From: a virus | Lineage: Duplodnaviria; Caudoviricetes | DNA: 64,000 nucleotides | IMG/VR virus record: IMGVR_UViG_3300027971_000001 | Reading direction: 5' to 3' (one strand) | Part shown: positions 1 to 8,709 of the stretch, in pieces | Layout of the letters: each line of letters starts with the position of its first letter | How positions within the stretch are numbered: the stretch's first letter is position 1 | Notes under the pieces: generated by a model | Database searches by the model: none | What the model saw: only the letters and a program-made list of their open reading frames with translations | What the model was told of the DNA's origin: nothing | Made by a program: the position numbers and the translations under genes

Positions 1-443
1 TTTGCTTTCCGGATATATTCCTGATCCTGTTTTATTTTGTTTATGCTTTCAGAAACATCCAAGGGTTTTGCAGGTTTGACCTGTGCTTTACTAGTTTCAA
101 CTATCAGTTGTTTCTTTTCAGGAAGCTTGAATGAATCCGCAACAGATGTTTCACCTTTTGGATTAAAGGTTGAAAATGGAGTTTCTCCTTTTTCATTTAA
201 AATTACCTGAAACTTTACATTTTTGTATGTTTGACCATCCGGAGTAGTAACATCCGTAATAATATATTTTTTATTATTTTCAGTTACGTATTTATGTACA
301 AAATCTTTATCCTTTGTGCTAAAATTGCCTGTTTCAAACAGTTCATCTCTAAAGCTTTTACAAAATATAACATTTTGACCATTAACATCTTGTATAAGAT
401 TAATGGGTATTCGTTTATCTAAAACTACCTTGATATGATCCAC
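1..443 (-). CDS. Hypothetical protein, runs off the window start
   Basis: Manual translation from GTG at 443 gives MDHIKVVLDKRIPINLIQDVNG... open to position 1. Not in the ORF track. Confidence 0.7.
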   Translation of the reverse strand, partial: MDHIKVVLDKRIPINLIQDVNGQNVIFCKSFRDELFETGNFSTKDKDFVHKYVTENNKKYIITDVTTPDGQTYKNVKFQVILNEKGETPFSTFNPKGETSVADSFKLPEKKQLIVETSKAQVKPAKPLDVSESINKIKQDQEYIRKA

Positions 444-480
444 TTGGTTATTTATATATTTTATTCATGTTTCAAGGCTA

Positions 481-514
481 TTGACATTATATCTTAATAG
501 TTTATAAAAGAATC
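481..514 (+). promoter_or_regulatory. Sigma70-like promoter abutting start codon
   Basis: TTGACA(481-486)-N16-TATAAA(503-508)-N6-ATG(515). Confidence 0.7.
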
Positions 515-670
515 ATGAGTGAAACATTTAAGGTAAAAAAACACAAAGATGGTGGTTGGGAAATCTTTGGAATAGATTCCAAAACCAAAACAGAAATGCA
601 AATTGGTTATATCGGAGAAAATCTTCCTGTGGAAGCTTATGCGCCTCCTGGTTCTCAAATTCAAAAATGA
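515..670 (+). CDS. Small hypothetical protein (51 aa)
   Basis: MSETFKVKKHKDGGWEIFGID..., directly after a promoter motif; its TGA overlaps the next ATG (ATGA). Below the ORF-track cutoff. Confidence 0.7.
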   Translation: MSETFKVKKHKDGGWEIFGIDSKTKTEMQIGYIGENLPVEAYAPPGSQIQK

Positions 671-798
671 GATGGATGGTGCTGGCTTTGACTTTTGCAT
701 TGGCTGGCTGTTCTACAACCGCTAATTCCAAAAAAAGAATGGGTCCGGGAATGCATGAAGATTCCCAGGATTTACGGGTGGGTGGATATGTTAACTGA
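667..798 (+). CDS. Small lipoprotein (43 aa)
   Basis: MRWMVLALTFALAGC: hydrophobic stretch plus LAGC lipobox; ATGA coupling supports start 667 rather than 556. Confidence 0.65.
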   Translation: MRWMVLALTFALAGCSTTANSKKRMGPGMHEDSQDLRVGGYVN

Positions 799-904
799 TA
801 TCCTTATATAATTTCTTATAAGGATTATCGCCAAAATAATCGTTCAGATCTTCAGCATATTCATCATTATCAAATGATGATAACGGTTCATTTACTGTTG
901 TCAT
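791..904 (-). CDS. Possible small acidic protein (37 aa)
   Basis: MTTVNEPLSSFDNDEYAEDLNDYFGDNPYKKLYKDIS fills the gap between neighbours; short, so uncertain. Confidence 0.3.
   Translation of the reverse strand: MTTVNEPLSSFDNDEYAEDLNDYFGDNPYKKLYKDIS
800..825. terminator. Hairpin between convergent genes, possible terminator
   Basis: ATCCTTATA(800-808)/TATAAGGAT(817-825), 9-bp stem, 8-nt loop; AT-rich, so weak. Confidence 0.3.
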
Positions 905-1325
905 AATCATCCCAGTTTTGTTTTTTGTCGCCGTAATATTCCCGGGCATATTTGTTTTCCAATAGTAGTTGTCGAAGACTTTTACCGTCCATTATAACAT
1001 CGCCCAGCAATCTTCCTCCATACTTGTCCCAGGATAACACTTTAATTTTAATATCTTTGGCATTTTGCAAAAGATTCTTTGTGAAAGAACTGGCCTGTTC
1101 CCCCATCTTTCTTTCATGATCATCTTGCGCCCTCCATCCTTTTTCAGGTGTATCCACACCATATACCCTGATATATAAATGATTACTCAGTTCAACTGGT
1201 AAAAAGTCTACCTGCACTTCCACAGTATCGCCATCCACGGCTTTTATCACTTTCCATGAGTAAAGATTGTCTGGTTCAGCATGACATAAGCATGCAAAAC
1301 CTATTATTAACAAAAACTTTTTCAT
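888..1325 (-). CDS. Thermonuclease (staphylococcal nuclease family) with signal peptide
   Basis: VDGDT, IRVYGVDTPE and DKYGGRLLG motifs; N-terminal MKKFLLIIGFACLCHA signal-like peptide. Confidence 0.9.
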   Translation of the reverse strand: MKKFLLIIGFACLCHAEPDNLYSWKVIKAVDGDTVEVQVDFLPVELSNHLYIRVYGVDTPEKGWRAQDDHERKMGEQASSFTKNLLQNAKDIKIKVLSWDKYGGRLLGDVIMDGKSLRQLLLENKYAREYYGDKKQNWDDYDNSK

Positions 1326-1332
1326 TATTAAT

Positions 1333-1353
1333 TATTTACAAAATAACTAAATA
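1333..1353. promoter_or_regulatory. Back-to-back late-promoter motifs (TAAATA)
   Basis: TAAATA on - (1333-1338, 7 nt before ATG 1325) and on + (1348-1353, 5 nt before GTG 1359). Confidence 0.55.
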
Positions 1354-1358
1354 ATAGA

Positions 1359-2198
1359 GTGAGGTTCGAACAATTATTATATAAAAATTATTTGGCTATT
1401 AATGAGGATACATTCTCGTCTGAGAACGATTGTACACTACTCAGCATTTCTAAACCGAATAGCAAAATACCGTTTTATAACCTAAATCTTCCGGCTGGTT
1501 ATACTTGTCCGTTTGCTGACAAATGCTTGAGCAAAGCAGATCGGGAAACAGGTAAAATCAAAGAAGGTGAAAAAGGTGAAGATGAGTACCGTTGCTATGC
1601 AGCTTCACAAGAAGCTGTTTATTCCAACACAAGAAATCAACGCCACAATAATTTTGATCTGCTTCTTTCCAAAAAAACATCAGATGAAATGGCAGATTTG
1701 ATCGTAGATTCTATTCAAGCTGAAATACCTATGCGGGAAAAGATTTTCCGTATTCATAGCAGTGGAGACTTTTTTAACCTGCAATATCTACAAGCTTGGA
1801 TCAAAGTGGCGGAACGCATGCCCAATATAAAATTTTATGCTTATACCAAAAGCATTCCGTATTGGGTTGCTTTAAAAGATCAAATACCAAACAATCTTAT
1901 CCTGACAGCATCTTTAGGAAGCAAACATGACAAATTGATCATGGATAATAATTTAAAATATTCAGTAGTTGTGTTTAGTAATGAAGAAGCTGAAAATTAT
2001 GTGTTGCCCAAATATTGGCAGGAAAAGCTTGGTCGAGAAAAAGGTTTGGTGGTTGATCATGATGACCATATGGCATATGAAAACAACGAACCGTTTGCAT
2101 TGTTGATACATGGTGTTCAACCCAAAGGGACGGTGGCAGCTGCAGCTTTAAAGAAATTGGGTGGTATTGGTGGTATCAGCAGTTACAGCAAGAAATAA
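1359..2198 (+). CDS. GP88-family (radical-SAM-like) protein
   Basis: LPAGYTCPFADKC...CYA, FRIHSSGDFF and FYAYTK motifs typical of the Gene product 88 family. Confidence 0.75.
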   Translation: MRFEQLLYKNYLAINEDTFSSENDCTLLSISKPNSKIPFYNLNLPAGYTCPFADKCLSKADRETGKIKEGEKGEDEYRCYAASQEAVYSNTRNQRHNNFDLLLSKKTSDEMADLIVDSIQAEIPMREKIFRIHSSGDFFNLQYLQAWIKVAERMPNIKFYAYTKSIPYWVALKDQIPNNLILTASLGSKHDKLIMDNNLKYSVVVFSNEEAENYVLPKYWQEKLGREKGLVVDHDDHMAYENNEPFALLIHGVQPKGTVAAAALKKLGGIGGISSYSKK

Positions 2199-2211
2199 TA
2201 TAAATATTAAT

Positions 2212-2436
2212 ATGGGCTGGGAATACTTTTTAATCGGTATTGGAATACTTGGATGTGTATTTTTGGCTGTTTGTAAGTTTCTTTTTTCAAAAGACAATGA
2301 AAATCTTGATGTGTATTACACCAAAGAAGTACAGGAAACTGAGGAATTTTTACAAGCCAAACAAGTGTTTGTCAGGGATCCTAGTGAATATCACGACAAG
2401 GATAAAGATGGTGTGGATGATATTTTGGAAAACTAA
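2212..2436 (+). CDS. Small membrane protein
   Basis: MGWEYFLIGIGILGCVFLAVCKFLF single TM; TATAAATA at 2199-2206 supports start 2212. Confidence 0.65.
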   Translation: MGWEYFLIGIGILGCVFLAVCKFLFSKDNENLDVYYTKEVQETEEFLQAKQVFVRDPSEYHDKDKDGVDDILEN

Positions 2437-2748
2437 CTATTGCTTTTCAAAACAATCTTTACCGGCTTGATGCTCAAAAGTCAATAATCCGCAACGGGCA
2501 GATTTGATATTGGTACAAACTCCATAATCGCAGTCAATCTGTGTTTTTATATTATATAAAGGTCTGAAATGTTTGCATCCACAACTGCAATCAGGATAAT
2601 CTTCTTTTTCGTTTTCCCAACGTTTCACCTTTCCCCACGGCAAATAATCAGTTGCCCGTTTGCAAAGAACGGTTTGAAGGTTTAATTCTGGTTTGTTTAT
2701 ATTATTTGGTTTCAGAATTTCCAGAATCTTCTTCATCCGTATCCTCAT
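2437..2748 (-). CDS. Cys-rich protein, DUF3027-like
   Basis: CSCGCKHFRPL...DYGVCTN...GLLTFEH pattern resembles DUF3027-type metal-binding proteins. Confidence 0.5.
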   Translation of the reverse strand: MRIRMKKILEILKPNNINKPELNLQTVLCKRATDYLPWGKVKRWENEKEDYPDCSCGCKHFRPLYNIKTQIDCDYGVCTNIKSARCGLLTFEHQAGKDCFEKQ

Positions 2749-2908
2749 CGTTATAATCCTCTACTGCATCATGTAATATGATTTGAATAAGAAAAAATAC
2801 TGCCAATGCCCACCACCAACCGCTTACAGGATTTTCTTTAATGAAAGTCACATAAGCAAAAAGTCCCATGACAAAACAAGCCAGAAATGTTGCACTCCAT
2901 GTTCTCAT
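2702..2908 (-). CDS. Small membrane protein (2 TM, acidic tail)
   Basis: Two hydrophobic segments; overlaps flanking genes in an operon. Confidence 0.6.
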   Translation of the reverse strand: MRTWSATFLACFVMGLFAYVTFIKENPVSGWWWALAVFFLIQIILHDAVEDYNDEDTDEEDSGNSETK

Positions 2909-3243
2909 AGTTTTTTTCTCCTTTTAACATGGATATGGTTGATCATAGTATTTGCCATGTCAATCACACCATTAACATAACCAGAGTTTACATTATTATA
3001 CATACACAACAAACCAAACTTTTCTTTCACCTGAGTAAATTCCACTTGAGGGTATTTGTCAGAAATATGTTTATTATTGTCAGTCATGGTTTGAATACAT
3101 TGACAAGCAGCATATATCACATCAAACCATTCATCCGGACATTCAATGCCCCAACACATGCAGGTCACACTCATGTCTTCATCTTTTTGAGCAAACAACT
3201 TGGGAAAATCTTTAAACAGTTTGTCTTGTAATTCTTGTTTCAT
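2905..3243 (-). CDS. Conserved phage hypothetical protein
   Basis: QVKEKFGLLCMY resembles the widespread phage QIKEKFGxLRFY motif. Confidence 0.7.
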   Translation of the reverse strand: MKQELQDKLFKDFPKLFAQKDEDMSVTCMCWGIECPDEWFDVIYAACQCIQTMTDNNKHISDKYPQVEFTQVKEKFGLLCMYNNVNSGYVNGVIDMANTMINHIHVKRRKKL

Positions 3244-3548
3244 AATGCTTCCACAAGTTCTTCTTCATTCACATTTTCAAATTCCACCTCTTCAAGAGGA
3301 GCAAATCGTTCACTGTTGAAACCCAGTTCCTGGGGTCCACTTTTACAGGTGGGATCAATTGGATTTTTTACTTCATTCAAAATAATACCCACGCTTCCTC
3401 CGTCTTTGTCTTTAAGATCTTCTTTTCCTATATAAACATCTCGAACAGTGTATGTGATATCCTTTTTAGGCAATTGAGCATACAATTTATAAACCCAAGC
3501 TTCAAAAGCATCGTTTATGCATACAACCTGTTGACCTTTCATAAACAT
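3240..3548 (-). CDS. Hypothetical protein
   Basis: GQQVVCIND N-terminus; first gene after a promoter motif. Confidence 0.7.
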   Translation of the reverse strand: MFMKGQQVVCINDAFEAWVYKLYAQLPKKDITYTVRDVYIGKEDLKDKDGGSVGIILNEVKNPIDPTCKSGPQELGFNSERFAPLEEVEFENVNEEELVEAL

Positions 3549-3618
3549 GAAAGGATAGTATCAAAATGTTTTATTTTGTCAACAGATTGAATTAATAAAA
3601 AGAATGATAAGATAAATC
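3549..3618. promoter_or_regulatory. Divergent sigma70-like promoter pair
   Basis: Minus: TTGACA(3577-3582)-N16-TACTAT(3555-3560)-N6-ATG(3548). Plus: TTGAAT(3587-3592)-N15-TAAGAT(3608-3613)-N5-ATG(3619). Both have an extended TG. Confidence 0.7.
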
Positions 3619-4602
3619 ATGATTAAACACGTAGACATAGTATTTGGACTTTGTTGGGGAGATGAAGGTAAAGGAAAGATAACTTACAATCTCTCAAAGA
3701 ATTATGATTATGTCTGCAGATGGAATGGGGGAAGCAATGCAGGTCACACCATTTATAAAGATGGTAAAATGTATAAAACCCATCTTGTACCTTCTGGTAT
3801 TTTCAATGAAAAGAAATGTATTATTGGTCCCAACTGTATTGTGCATCCTGAATCATTTTACAAGGAAATCGAATATCTTAAAGATGTGGGTGTGGATACA
3901 CATCTCATCAAGATTGCGCCAAATGCCCATGTTATCACAGACAAGCATATTGAATATGACAACAAACATTTAAAGGAAAAGCTTGGAACAACCGGTAAAG
4001 GTATTGCTCCATGTTATTCTGATAAAATGCTTCGTTGCGGAACTCTTGCCAAAGATGCAATTGATGCAAAATATATCTGGGATGGTGAATTGAAAGGGAA
4101 CGTTCTTTGTGAAGGTGCCCAATCATTCTGGCTAGACATTAACTTTGGTGTTTATCCTTATGTTACCAGCAGTGAAACCCTTCCTTATGCTGCTTGTAGT
4201 CTTGGATTTTCACCTCGCAAGATCCGGGATATCATAGGCGTTTGTAAGGCATATGATACCAAGAGTGGTTTGGATCCAAGATTCCCGGAAGATTCAGTCA
4301 AGGATCCAATGTTCAGCAAAATCATTGAAATCGGACATGAATATGGAACAACCACGAACCGCAAGCGCAAGGTGAATTGGCTGAATCTTACTCTTCTTAA
4401 TTATGCGATTGAGAAATCAGGCTGTGACATCATTTACAGCAACAAATGGGATGTGCTGGATAAGGTTAAAATGTATAAAATTATTCACAATCACACTGTG
4501 ATTGAATTAGAGAACAAGGAAAAAATGATTCAATTCTTCCAGGAGAATTTATCTAAAGAAATTAAGAAGATTCATTATTCGGCGGATCCTGAAAATATCT
4601 GA
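3619..4602 (+). CDS. purA: Adenylosuccinate synthetase (short form)
   Basis: WGDEGKGK, GGSNAGHT, GTTGKGIAPCYSDK, EGAQ...YPYVTSS, GTTT motifs; catalytic Asp of GDEGKG retained. Confidence 0.93.
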   Translation: MIKHVDIVFGLCWGDEGKGKITYNLSKNYDYVCRWNGGSNAGHTIYKDGKMYKTHLVPSGIFNEKKCIIGPNCIVHPESFYKEIEYLKDVGVDTHLIKIAPNAHVITDKHIEYDNKHLKEKLGTTGKGIAPCYSDKMLRCGTLAKDAIDAKYIWDGELKGNVLCEGAQSFWLDINFGVYPYVTSSETLPYAACSLGFSPRKIRDIIGVCKAYDTKSGLDPRFPEDSVKDPMFSKIIEIGHEYGTTTNRKRKVNWLNLTLLNYAIEKSGCDIIYSNKWDVLDKVKMYKIIHNHTVIELENKEKMIQFFQENLSKEIKKIHYSADPENI

Positions 4603-4770
4603 TTTGTTTTTTCTGCGATTAATCTCATCAAGAATTATTACCTGTACTTCACATAGATAACTCTTGGGTATGCAACTGCCATCCCCATTTTCAATTTTTT
4701 GATCTTGCCATGCTTGGGCAATACCTAACCCAAAATATATTGTCTCAAGTTGTTCTGTTGTAACCTTCAT
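4549..4770 (-). CDS. Hypothetical protein
   Basis: 73-aa ORF with genome-like composition; overlaps the purA 3' end convergently. Confidence 0.5.
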   Translation of the reverse strand: MKVTTEQLETIYFGLGIAQAWQDQKIENGDGSCIPKSYLCEVQVIILDEINRRKNKSDIFRIRRIMNLLNFFR

Positions 4771-4791
4771 CCCTACAGGATACCAGAACTA

Positions 4792-5016
4792 TTATTTTGT
4801 CAATCTATCTATCCACTTAGTCCTATGATTACAAACCCAATCCAAAAGAGCCCGTTCAAACCCTACATCCCTTCCTTCCCGTTCACTCATATACCATTTA
4901 TTTTTTAAAATCTCTTCCCTTTCTTCTGAGAATCTTTTATATAAATCAGAGTTTTTAATCATTTCTGAAATTCCACCTATCACACCAGCACCGCCACTTT
5001 GATTGCTTATATACAT
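4792..5016 (-). CDS. DUF4032-like small protein
   Basis: KNSDLYKRFSEEREEILKNKWYMSEREGRDVGFERALLDW matches the DUF4032-type motif as recalled. Confidence 0.7.
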   Translation of the reverse strand: MYISNQSGGAGVIGGISEMIKNSDLYKRFSEEREEILKNKWYMSEREGRDVGFERALLDWVCNHRTKWIDRLTK

Positions 5017-5022
5017 ATTTAC

Positions 5023-5178
5023 TCACTTTTTCTTCAAAATTATACCTTTGCAGTCTATTTTTGTAAATTTATTGGGTTGACCGATATAATATAAAAGTTT
5101 CACAACATCTTTCAGCTCTTCCACTTCTTTTTCAAGCTTGGTAATTCGTTCCAGAATCTTTTCTTTCTTTAGATTCAC
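5023..5178 (-). CDS. Small hypothetical coiled-coil protein (51 aa)
   Basis: GTG start, MNLKKEKILERITKLEKEVEELKDVVK...; fills the gap in the minus-strand operon. Confidence 0.55.
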   Translation of the reverse strand: MNLKKEKILERITKLEKEVEELKDVVKLLYYIGQPNKFTKIDCKGIILKKK

Positions 5179-5186
5179 TTTAAGAT

Positions 5187-5816
5187 TTAATATAAAATCT
5201 TTTGTTCCAGTTTAAACAATAAACTGGGAATTCTTTGGCTATATTTATGGGCCAATCTTAAAGCTAATTTTACAGGCTTGTTATAAACATTATTCAAGAT
5301 TTTATAAGATAGTTTGCTTACCTTTTCGCTATGAAGTCGCATTTCTTCTGCCCACTTATGTTCCACCATTAATCTTTCAGAGTAAGTCGTATCATCTTCT
5401 CGTTTAGCATTTACCAATTTTATGCTTTTAACTTTTCCTTTGATTACATTGGCTTTATAATCAATGCTGTAATAACGACCATCTTGCTTTGCTTTTTCAT
5501 AAGCATAAAACTCCACATCACCCGTATGATTTGTTTTTTCCCATATTCTGCTGTTTACTTTTAATCGAAAAGATCCGAATTGTTTACCATATGTTTTAAT
5601 ATCCTGCTTTTTTTCTTCAGGAGTGCTGTCCCGGTATTCAATACGTTCCACAAACAAATCTCCGTTCTTTTTAATTGTATAGGTAAGAAGTGCATTTTCC
5701 AAATCTTTGGTTTGATATTCCAATCGTGTCAGATCGAAATCCTTTCCCAGAAATTTTTCAATCAGCTTGTTTGTAGGCAACTTGGTTTCTACTTTGATGG
5801 TGTCGAACATTCCCAT
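5187..5816 (-). CDS. Conserved phage hypothetical protein
   Basis: MGMFDTI...LP...YQTKDLENAL motif; AAGGAG Shine-Dalgarno upstream. Confidence 0.75.
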   Translation of the reverse strand: MGMFDTIKVETKLPTNKLIEKFLGKDFDLTRLEYQTKDLENALLTYTIKKNGDLFVERIEYRDSTPEEKKQDIKTYGKQFGSFRLKVNSRIWEKTNHTGDVEFYAYEKAKQDGRYYSIDYKANVIKGKVKSIKLVNAKREDDTTYSERLMVEHKWAEEMRLHSEKVSKLSYKILNNVYNKPVKLALRLAHKYSQRIPSLLFKLEQKILY

Positions 5817-6790
5817 GGTATTTCTCCTTTTTGTTTATTTAGCGGTAAAATATAACTTTCAACTGTCTGTTTCAAATATTGTAAAAATCTTTGCTCATCA
5901 TATTTTGGTAAATTAACAATACTACGTGTTTTTGCACTATTCAGTTTATAACAAATATCATGACCAAGCCGATCCTCCACAAAACTGATAAGACTTTCTG
6001 GTTTGTTTAATATTTTTAAAATATGTTTAGCCAAAGAAATGTTATCTAATCTATAGGCAGAACCAATATTATATATTTCTCCAATTTTACCCTTTTCACT
6101 GAGATCAATAATGGCATTGGCATGATCATCCACATATATCCATTCCCTCACATTCATTCCATTACCATAAACCGGTATGTTTCTGTCATTCAAAGCACTG
6201 TTTAAAACAACCGGTATGAATTTTTCAGAATGTTGTCCAGGCCCATAGTTGTTGCAACACCGAGTAACTATCACTGGAAATTTGTTGGTGTGATAAGAAG
6301 CCAGAACAATAAGATCTGAACTTGCCTTCGTCGAGCTGTATATGCTACTAGGTTTGAGATGGTCTGTTTCCTTGCTTGGATCTGAATCAATATTCAACGA
6401 TCCGTACACCTCATCAGTGCTGACATGCATAAACTTTTTATATTTGTTTTGAAGACCAAAAAGAATATTGAATGTACCTGTTACATTTGAATCTACAAAA
6501 CCATTAGGAGAAGTGATGCTTCGATCCACATGACTTTCAGCTGCAAGATGAAACACACAATCTATCGGTTCAGAAACAGTAGCACAAAACACACCTAGCC
6601 ATTTTCTATCGGATAGATCCAGTTCAATAAATTCAACATCATAGGATCTAAGACTTTTTTTGTCAGACCCTATTCCAAGCTTGTCCAAAACAATAATATG
6701 AGAATCTGGATACCTGTTGCGCAGATTCTTGACCAGATGTCGGCCAATGAATCCTGCTCCTCCTGTTACAATAAATGTCATTTTAGCCAT
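5789..6790 (-). CDS. rfbB: dTDP-glucose 4,6-dehydratase (extended SDR)
   Basis: TGGAGFIG, HLAAESHVDRSI, STDEVYG, YSSTK (YxxxK), NNYGP, REWIYVDDH. Confidence 0.92.
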   Translation of the reverse strand: MAKMTFIVTGGAGFIGRHLVKNLRNRYPDSHIIVLDKLGIGSDKKSLRSYDVEFIELDLSDRKWLGVFCATVSEPIDCVFHLAAESHVDRSITSPNGFVDSNVTGTFNILFGLQNKYKKFMHVSTDEVYGSLNIDSDPSKETDHLKPSSIYSSTKASSDLIVLASYHTNKFPVIVTRCCNNYGPGQHSEKFIPVVLNSALNDRNIPVYGNGMNVREWIYVDDHANAIIDLSEKGKIGEIYNIGSAYRLDNISLAKHILKILNKPESLISFVEDRLGHDICYKLNSAKTRSIVNLPKYDEQRFLQYLKQTVESYILPLNKQKGEIPWECSTPSK

Positions 6791-7389
6791 ATGCTTGTTG
6801 GATCAAAAGTTTGTGTATCTAGGAAATCCCATACTTTCCATTTATTCGTTCCTTTCATACTTTCAATAACATTATTAATTAATGCACAAATATCTTCCAA
6901 ATGCCATACATCATCCATCAGTTTTTTTCCATGATATCGGCTACGATGAGCTACATGATCTGCATAACTGTATGCAAAACCACAGAAAGGAGGAATTACA
7001 CAACCCAAACCGCAAAGAACACCTTGAATTCTGCTTGCAACTTCTTGACCTCCCACAGAGTGCATTGTCACAATTGCTCCTGCAGGTTTTCCTAAAAGAT
7101 GTTTCTTTCCTTCCAATTCAGTCATTTTTTCAAAAAGACTTTGCATGGGACTTCCCCAGCTTTGCCAGTATGTTCCTGTACAAAAAACAAACGCATCACT
7201 GGTTTTTATGTATTTTCTCACAAGGAGCCAATTAAAACTGGGTGTGAGATGAATAACCCGTACTTTTATTTCTGGATCGATTTTATTAATGGTTTTACGT
7301 AATTTCTTAATAAGATTATGTGTATTTCCAGTCCGACCTCCAAGAGATCCATTAATGATTGAAATGGTATATTTCTTTCCTTCGGTCAT
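6778..7389 (-). CDS. NAD(P)H-dependent FMN reductase / flavodoxin-like protein
   Basis: INGSLGGRTGNT phosphate loop, DAFVFCTGTYW, LGKPAGAIVTMHSVGG. Confidence 0.8.
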   Translation of the reverse strand: MTEGKKYTISIINGSLGGRTGNTHNLIKKLRKTINKIDPEIKVRVIHLTPSFNWLLVRKYIKTSDAFVFCTGTYWQSWGSPMQSLFEKMTELEGKKHLLGKPAGAIVTMHSVGGQEVASRIQGVLCGLGCVIPPFCGFAYSYADHVAHRSRYHGKKLMDDVWHLEDICALINNVIESMKGTNKWKVWDFLDTQTFDPTSIWLK

Positions 7390-7423
7390 GCTTCTTTTAT
7401 AGCAATATGGTTTACATAAGCAA
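7390..7423 (-). promoter_or_regulatory. Sigma70-like promoter abutting start codon
   Basis: TTGCTT(7418-7423)-N16-TATAAA(7396-7401)-N6-ATG(7389). Confidence 0.55.
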
Positions 7424-7525
7424 CATTTTTATAAATAATAAAATGGTACAAGCATGGTTATGGGGTTTATTGCTAAAAATTGAAGAAACTGCTGAAAAAT
7501 TTGTATCAATTGTTATAAAAATAAA

Positions 7526-7750
7526 ATGATTAAAAATAAAGCAGATTTCATTATGGGTATTGGTTATGTCTATCACGATGACAAAGGCAGGCGGTATGTT
7601 TTTGACACAAAACATGAAATGAATAAATTTATACAAGAATTAAGGAATAAGAAAGAAAAGCCCAAGCCCAAAGATGATTATGATAAAATACGAATTGCCA
7701 ACTTTAAACCTCAAATAGAATTGTTGCACCGCAGGGGTATTGGAATTTAA
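7526..7750 (+). CDS. Small hypothetical protein
   Basis: 74-aa ORF; TG-T-TATAAA(7514-7519) 6 nt upstream. Confidence 0.65.
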   Translation: MIKNKADFIMGIGYVYHDDKGRRYVFDTKHEMNKFIQELRNKKEKPKPKDDYDKIRIANFKPQIELLHRRGIGI

Positions 7751-7784
7751 TTGACACAACATTCATTGTCTGTATAACAAAAGA
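7751..7784 (+). promoter_or_regulatory. Sigma70-like promoter abutting start codon
   Basis: TTGACA(7751-7756)-N16-TATAAC(7773-7778)-N6-ATG(7785). Confidence 0.7.
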
Positions 7785-8684
7785 ATGCGTCGAGGCATTT
7801 GTTGTATTGTTCTTAGCTTGCAGGATATGGTTGAACCTAAAAAGTTCAAAACCATGACTTATAAAAAGTTCAGCAGCATGAACCGCAAAGATGGTTTGCA
7901 AGATCTGGGTAATCGCATTCTTAACAATATGATGGTGACAGGTGAAGCCATCAAATTCTGTTATCAAAACAATTACACTTATCGTCTGAGCAGTGATTTG
8001 TTTCCGCTTATCACATATGACAAAGCCAAAATACGATTGGAAGATTTGCCTAATTATATGGAAATATCTGATACCATTCTGCTTATTCGGGATTATCTAA
8101 AAGAGCATCCTGTTCGCTTATCATCCCATCCCAGTGAATTTAATGTGTTGGCCACCGAGAACAAAGATGCATTGAATCGCACCATTAATGAACTGAACTT
8201 CACTGGTTGGTTTCTTACCCAATTGGGTTGTCCTTTGGATTACAACAGCCCCATCAACATTCACATCAACAACAGTAGGGGCAACTTTGATGATATTGCT
8301 AAACGGTTTGTGGATAATCTAGGATCATTAACAGAGGATGCTCGTAAACGATTGGTTGTGGAAAATGATGATAAAGGCAAATGCTGGAGTGTACGCAAAC
8401 TTACCCGTCATCTTTATCCTGTGTTTCAAATGCCTTTGACGTTTGATTATCTGCATCACAAATGCCATCCGGATGACATGATTGAAAAAGATGCATTTGG
8501 TTTGTGCAAGGACACTTGGCGGGGATATCGTCCTTTATTTCATTATAGCGAAAGCAGGGAAGGCAAAAATCCTCGGGCTCATGCTGATTATGTGAAACAA
8601 CTTCCTGATACCTACGGACTGGATGATATTGATATTGATTTTGAATTTAAAATGAAAGACAAAGCTTTTATTAATATAAATTAA
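7785..8684 (+). CDS. uvsE: UV damage endonuclease
   Basis: MRRGICC N-terminus, YRLSSDLFP, LSSHPSEF, LVVENDD, FDYLHH, HYSES, HADY. Confidence 0.92.
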   Translation: MRRGICCIVLSLQDMVEPKKFKTMTYKKFSSMNRKDGLQDLGNRILNNMMVTGEAIKFCYQNNYTYRLSSDLFPLITYDKAKIRLEDLPNYMEISDTILLIRDYLKEHPVRLSSHPSEFNVLATENKDALNRTINELNFTGWFLTQLGCPLDYNSPINIHINNSRGNFDDIAKRFVDNLGSLTEDARKRLVVENDDKGKCWSVRKLTRHLYPVFQMPLTFDYLHHKCHPDDMIEKDAFGLCKDTWRGYRPLFHYSESREGKNPRAHADYVKQLPDTYGLDDIDIDFEFKMKDKAFININ

Positions 8685-8709
8685 ATCGCTTCAATAATAT
8701 TCATTGATG

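Noticed and set aside
3619-4602. PurZ (2-aminoadenine, Z-genome) instead of PurA
   Set aside because: The N-terminal motif is WGDEGKGK with the catalytic Asp; PurZ has Ser there (GSTGKG-type). No DatZ-like HD dATPase is seen in the window.
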